A stretch of 64,000 nucleotides of DNA from Auanema rhodensis (lineage: Eukaryota > Animalia > Nematoda), in NCBI GenBank assembly GCA_964057225.1, contig CAXKVF010000081.1:186001-250000 (forward strand), given 5' to 3'. Under the pieces are notes generated by a model. That model did not search any database, was not told where the DNA came from, and saw only the letters and a program-made list of their open reading frames with translations. The position numbers were made by a program, and so were the translations under genes. Position 1 is the stretch's first letter. Every line of letters begins with the position of its first letter. Positions 58,201-64,000 of the stretch are shown piece by piece.

Positions 58201-58600
58201 AGTTCACGTAAATTTCAAAGTCATGGTTACCATGAAGCAATATCAATAAAAATTTGTTTTTAGACTAATATGGACATGGGGAATCTAATTTTGAAAACCG
58301 CATCTCTTTATCTTTCACGTGAAGCGAGTTACATACCAAGTGCACATCACGTGTACATTTAATTAGCATAAATTAAAGTTCACGTAAATTTCAAAGTCAT
58401 GGTTACCATGAACCAATATCAATAAAAATTTGTTTTTAGACTAATATGGACATGGGGAATCTAATTTTGAAAACCGCATCTCTTTATCTTTCACGTGAAG
58501 CGAGTTACATACCAAGTGCAGATCACGTGTACATTTAATTAGCATAAATTAAAGTTCACGTAAATTTCAAAGTCATGGTTACCATGAAGCAATATCAATA
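55223..58600 (+). repeat. Block duplication, 12-monomer (2112-bp) offset
   Basis: TTTTACACT at 55799/57911, GTGCAGATC at 56409/58521, GGGGGATC monomers at 55223/57335 and AATTCGT monomers at 55575/57687. Confidence 0.88.
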
Positions 58601-58918
58601 AAAATTTGTTTTTAGACTAATATGGACATGGGGAATCTAATTTTGAAAACCGCATCTCTTTATTCTTCACGTGAAGCGAGTTACATACCAAGTGCACATC
58701 ACGTGTACATTTAATTAGCATGAATTAAAGTTCACGTAAATTTCAAAGTCATGGTTACCATGCACCAATATCAATAAAAATTTGTTTTTAGACTAATATG
58801 GACATGGGGAATCTAATTTTGAAAACCGCATCTCTTTATCTTTCACGTGAAGCGAGTTACATACCAAGTGCACATCACGTGTACATTTAATTAGCATAAA
58901 TTAAAGTTCACGTAAATT

Positions 58919-59055
58919 TTGTTTTTAGACTAATATGGACATGGGGAATCTAATTTTGAAAACCGCATCTCTTTATCTTTCACGTGAAGCGAGTTACATA
59001 CCAAGTGCACATCACGTGTACATTTAATTAGCATAAATTAAAGTTCACGTAAATT
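58919..59055 (+). repeat. 137-bp truncated monomer, copy 2
   Basis: Same junction; the next unit starts at 59056. Confidence 0.95.
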
Positions 59056-59935
59056 TCAAAGTCATGGTTACCATGCACCAATATCAATAAAAATTTGTTT
59101 TTAGACTAATATGGACATGGGGAATCTAATTTTGAAAACCGCATCTCTTTATCTTTCACGTGAAGCGAGTTACATACCAAGTGCACATCACGTGTACATT
59201 TAATTAGCATAAATTAAAGTTCACGTAAATTTCAAAGTCATGGTTACCATGAACCAATATCAATAAAAATTTGTTTTTAGACTAATATGGACATGGGGAA
59301 TCTAATTTTGAAAACCGCATCTCTTTATCTTTCACGTGAAGCGAGTTACATACCAAGTGCACATCACGTGTACATTTAATTAGCATAAATTAAAGTTCAC
59401 GTAAATTTCAAAGTCATGGTTACCATGAAGCAATATCAATAAAAATTTGTTTTTAGACTAATATGGACATGGGGAATCTAATTTTGAAAACCGCATCTCT
59501 TTATCTTTCACGTGAAGCGAGTTACATACCAAGTGCACATCACGTGTACATTTAATTAGCATGAATTAAAGTTCACGTAAATTTCAAAGTCATGGTTACC
59601 ATGCACCAATATCAATAAAAATTTGTTTTTAGACTAATATGGACATGGGGAATCTAATTTTGAAAACCGCATCTCTTTATCTTTCACGTGAAGCGAGTTA
59701 CATACCAAGTGCACATCACGTGTACATTTAATTAGCATGAATTAAAGTTCACGTAAATTTCAAAGTCATGGTTACCATGCACCAATATCAATAAAAATTT
59801 GTTTTTAGACTAATATGGACATGGGGAATCTAATTTTGAAAACCGCATCTCTTTATCTTTCACGTGAAGCGAGTTACATACCAAGTGCACATCACGTGTA
59901 CATTTAATTAGCATAAATTAAAGTTCACGTAAATT

Positions 59936-60072
59936 TTGTTTTTAGACTAATATGGACATGGGGAATCTAATTTTGAAAACCGCATCTCTTTATCTTTCAC
60001 GTGAAGCGATTTACATACCAAGTGCACATCACGTGTACATTTAATTAGCATAAATTAAAGTTCACGTAAATT
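59936..60072 (+). repeat. 137-bp truncated monomer, copy 3
   Basis: Same junction; the next unit starts at 60073. Confidence 0.95.
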
Positions 60073-60424
60073 TCAAAGTCATGGTTACCATGCACCAATA
60101 TCAATAAAAATTTGTTTTTAGACTAATATGGACATGGGGAATCTGATTCTAAAAACCGCATCTCTTTATCTTTCACGTGAAGCGAGTTACATACCAAGTG
60201 CACATCACGTGTACATTTAATTAGCATAAATTAAAGTTCACGTAAATTTCAAAGTCATGGTTACCATGAACCAATATCAATAAAAATTTGTTTTTAGACT
60301 AATATGGACATGGGGAATCTAATTTTGAAAACCGCATCTCTTTATCTTTCACGTGAAGCGAGTTACATACCAAGTGCACATCACGTGTACATTTAATTAG
60401 CATAAATTAAAGTTCACGTAAATT

Positions 60425-60561
60425 TTGTTTTTAGACTAATATGGACATGGGGAATCTAATTTTGAAAACCGCATCTCTTTATCTTTCACGTGAAGCGAGT
60501 TACATACCGAGTGCACATCACGTGTACAATTAATTAGCATAAATTAAAGTTCACGTAAATT
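60425..60561 (+). repeat. 137-bp truncated monomer, copy 4
   Basis: Same junction; the next unit starts at 60562. Confidence 0.95.
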
Positions 60562-60913
60562 TCAAAGTCATGGTTACCATGAAGCAATATCAATAAAAAT
60601 TTGTTTTTAGACTAATATGGACATGGGGAATCTAATTTTGAAAACCGCATCTCTTTATCTTTCACGTGAAGCGAGTTACATACCGAGTGCACATCACGTG
60701 TACAATTAATTAGCATAAATTAAAGTTCACGTAAATTTCAAAGTCATGGTTACCATGAACCAATATCAATAAAAATTTGTTTTTAGACTAATATGGACAT
60801 GGGGAATCTAATTTTGAAAACCGCATCTCTTTATCTTTCACGTGAAGCGAGTTACATACCAAGTGCACATCACGTGTACATTTAATTAGCATAAATTAAA
60901 GTTCACGTAAATT

Positions 60914-62673
60914 TCAAAGTCATGGTTACCATGAACCAATATCAATAAAAATTTGTTTTTAGACTAATATGGACATGGGGAATCTAATTTTGAAAACCGC
61001 ATCTCTTTATCTTTCACGTGAAGCGAGTTACATACCAAGTGCACATCACGTGTACATTTAATAAGCATAAATTAAAGTTCACGTAAATTTCAAAGTCATG
61101 GTTACCATGCACCAATATCAATAAAAATTTGTTTTTAGACTAATATGGACATGGGGAATCTAATTTTGAAAACCGCATCGCTTTATCTTTCACGTGAAGC
61201 GAGTTACATACCGAGTGCACATCACGTGTACAATTAATTAGCATAAATTAAAGTTCACGTAAATTTCAAAGTCATGGTTACCATGAACCAATATCAATAA
61301 AAATTTGTTTTTAGACTAATATGGACATGGGGAATCTAATTTTGAAAACCGCATCTCTTTATCTTTCACGTGAAGCGAGTTACATACCAAGTGCACATCA
61401 CGTGTACATTTAATTAGCATAAATTAAAGTTCACGTAAATTTCAAAGTCATGGTTACCATGAACCAATATCAATGAAAATTTGTTTTTAGACTAATATGG
61501 ACATGGGGAATCAAATTTTGAAAACCGCATCTCTTTATCTTTCACGTGAAGCAAGTTACATACCAAGTGCACATCACGTGTACATTTAATTAGCATAAAT
61601 TAAAGTTCACGTAAATTTCAAAGTCATGGTTACCATGCACCAATATCAATAAAAAATTGTTTTTAGACTAATATGGACATGGGGAATCTAATTTTGAAAA
61701 CCGCATCTCTTTATCTTTCACGTGAAGCGAGTTACATACCAAGTGCACATCACGTGTACATTTAATTAGCATAAATTAAAGTTCACGTAAATTTCAAAGT
61801 CATGGTTACCATGAACCAATATCAATAAAAATTTGTTTTTAGACTAATATGGACATGGGGAATCTAATTTTGAAAACCGCATCTCTTTATCTTTCACGTG
61901 AAGCGAGTTACATACCAAGTGCACATCACGTGTACATTTAATAAGCATAAATTAAAGTTCACGTAAATTTCAAAGTCATTGTTACCATGCACCAATATCA
62001 ATAAAAATTTGTTTTTAGACTAATATGGACATGGGGAATCTAATTTTGAAAACCGCATCTCTTTATCTTTCACGTGAAGCGAGTTACATACCGAGTGCAC
62101 ATCACGTGTACAATTAATTAGCATAAATTAAAGTTCACGTAAATTTCAAAGTCATGGTTACCATGAACCAATATCAATAAAAATTTGTTTTTAGACTAAT
62201 ATGGACATGGGGAATCTAATTTTGAAAACCGCATCTCTTTATCTTTCACGTGAAGCGAGTTACATACCAAGTGCACATCACGTGTACATTTAATTAGCAT
62301 AAATTAAAGTTCACGTAAATTTCAAAGTCATGGTTACCATGCACCAATATCAATAAAAATTTGTTTTTAGACTAATATGGACATGGGGAATCTAATTTTG
62401 AAAACCGCATCTCTTTATCTTTCACGTGAAGCAAGTTACATACCAAGTGCACATCACGTGTACATTTAATTAGCATAAATTAAAGTTCACGTAAATTTCA
62501 AAGTCATGGTTACCATGCACCAATATCAATAAAAAATTGTTTTTAGACTAATATGGACATGGGGAATCTAATTTTGAAAACCGCATCTCTTTATCTTTCA
62601 CGTGAAGCGAGTTACATACCAAGTGCACATCACGTGTACATTTAATTAGCATAAATTAAAGTTCACGTAAATT
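60914..62673 (+). repeat. Diverged tandem duplication of a 5-monomer (880-bp) block
   Basis: TAATAAGC (60914/61794), CCGAGT + ACAATTA (61090/61970), GCAAGTT (61442/62322) and AAAAAATTG (61618/62498). Several private variants distinguish the two copies. Confidence 0.88.
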
Positions 62674-64000
62674 TCAAAGTCATGGTTACCATGCACCAAT
62701 ATCGATAAAAATTTGTTTTTAGACTAATATGGACATGGGGAATCTTATTTTGAAAACCGCATCTTTTTATCTTTCACGTGAAGCGAGTTACATACCAAGT
62801 GCACATCACGTGTACATTTAATTAGCATAAATTAAAGTTCACGTAAATTTCAAAGTCATGGTTACCATGCACCAATATCAATAAAAATTTGTTTTTCGAC
62901 TAATATGGACATGGGGAATCTAATTTTGAAAACCGCATCTCTTTATCTTTCACGTGAAGCGAGTTACATACCAAGTGCACATCACGTGTACATTTAATTA
63001 GCATAAATTAAAGTTCACGTAAATTTCAAAGTCATGGTTACCATGCACCAATATCAATAAAAATTTGTTTTTAGACTAATATGGACATGAGGAATCTAAT
63101 TTTGAAAACCGCATCTCTTTATCTTTCACGTGAAGCGAGTTACATACCAAGTGCACATCACGTGTACATTTAATTAGCATAAATTAAAGTTCACGTAAAT
63201 TTCAAAGTCATGGTTACCATGCACCAATATCAATAAAAATTTGTTTTTAGACTAATATGGACATGGGGAATCTAATTTTGAAAACCGCATCTCTTTATCT
63301 TTCACGTGAAGCGAATTACATACCAAGTGCACATCACGTGTACATTTAATTAGCATAAATTAAAGTTCACGTAAATTTCAAAGTCATGGTTACCATGCAC
63401 CAATATCAATAAAAATTTGTTTTTAGACTAATATGGACATGGGGAATCTAATTTTGAAAACCGCATCTCTTTATCTTTCACGTGAAGCGAGTTACATACC
63501 AAGTGCACATCACGTGTACATTTAATTAGCATAAATTAAAGTTCACGTAAATTTCAAAGTCATGGTTACCATGCACCAATATCAATAAAAATTTGTTTTT
63601 AGACTAATATGGACATGGGGAATCTAATTTTGAAAACCGCATCTCTTTATCTTTCACGTGAAGCGAGTTACATACCAAGTGCACATCACGTGTACATTTA
63701 ATTAGCATAAATTAAAGTTCACGTAAATTTCAAAGTCATGGTTACCATGCACCAATATCAATAAAAATTTGTTTTTAGACTAATATGGACATGGGGAATC
63801 TAATGTTGAAAACCGCATCTCTTTATCTTTCACGTGAAGCGAGTTACATACCAAGTGCACATCACGTGTACATTTAATTAGCATAAATTAAAGTTCACGT
63901 AAATTTCAAAGTCATGGTTACCATGCACCAATATCAATAAAAATTTGTTTTTAGACTAATATGGACATGGGGAATCTAATTTTGAAAACCGCATCTCTTT

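Larger units (their letters stand above)
1..64000. repeat. Tandem satellite DNA array, 176-bp monomer, 364 complete units plus a partial unit, head-to-tail; both array ends lie outside the window
   Basis: TCAAAGTCATGGTTACC recurs at 1, 177, 353 ... 2641 (15 x 176) and 5281. The last unit starts at 63906 = 1 + 364 x 176 - 3 - 4 x 39, matching the seven indels seen. No non-satellite sequence was observed. Confidence 0.99.
1..64000. other. Candidate centromeric/pericentromeric satellite domain
   Basis: Inference from general properties: mononucleosome-sized monomer (compare 171-bp primate alpha satellite and 178-bp Arabidopsis CEN178), about 68% AT, very high monomer identity over at least 64 kb, local block duplications and many short dyads. 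There is no direct evidence of CENP-A/CENH3 binding. Confidence 0.6.

Noticed and set aside
1-64000. CRISPR array or other repeat-spacer system
   Set aside because: There are no unique spacers: the entire unit is repeated near-identically, and no cas genes are present.
1-64000. Tandem RNA gene cluster (5S rRNA, tRNA, snRNA, spliced leader)
   Set aside because: I recognise no 5S, tRNA or snRNA sequence, no convincing Pol III A/B boxes, and the unit is AT-rich with only short stems. An Rfam/Infernal scan of a dimer would settle it.
1-64000. The AACC/AAGC/CACC order as an information-carrying code
   Set aside because: The order is adequately explained by overlapping block duplications and monomer gains and losses. 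Nothing in the sequence indicates a reading mechanism.

Overview
The whole 64-kb window is one uninterrupted, head-to-tail, single-orientation tandem satellite array, almost certainly eukaryotic. The monomer is 176 bp and about 32% GC (56/176 by hand count). Consensus, phased from base 1: TCAAAGTCATGGTTACCATGAACCAATATCAATAAAAATTTGTTTTTAGACTAATATGGACATGGGGAATCTAATTTTGAAAACCGCATCTCTTTATCTTTCACGTGAAGCGAGTTACATACCAAGTGCACATCACGTGTACATTTAATTAGCATAAATTAAAGTTCACGTAAATT. There are 364 complete units plus a 95-bp partial unit starting at 63906. The register shifts only through three 1-bp deletions (near 14452, 15211 and 15386) and four identical 39-bp deletions that give 137-bp monomers (53326, 58919, 59936, 60425); these account for the coordinates exactly. 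Most monomers differ from consensus at 0-3 positions. Rare shared variants reveal many local block duplications with offsets of 3, 4, 5, 7, 7, 8, 11, 12 and 12 monomers, longer-range copies at 17, 32 and 34 monomers, and one marker block recurring at about 1, 14.8 and 27.6 kb. There is no fixed higher-order repeat. The monomer is rich in short dyads and carries two CACGTG boxes. Nucleosome-scale length, AT-richness and homogeneity are typical of centromeric satellite, but that function is an inference. I see no genes, transposon insertions, inversions or CRISPR, and I cannot assign the organism or a named satellite family. I found no evidence for a novel gene system; the interest lies in the array's internal evolutionary record.
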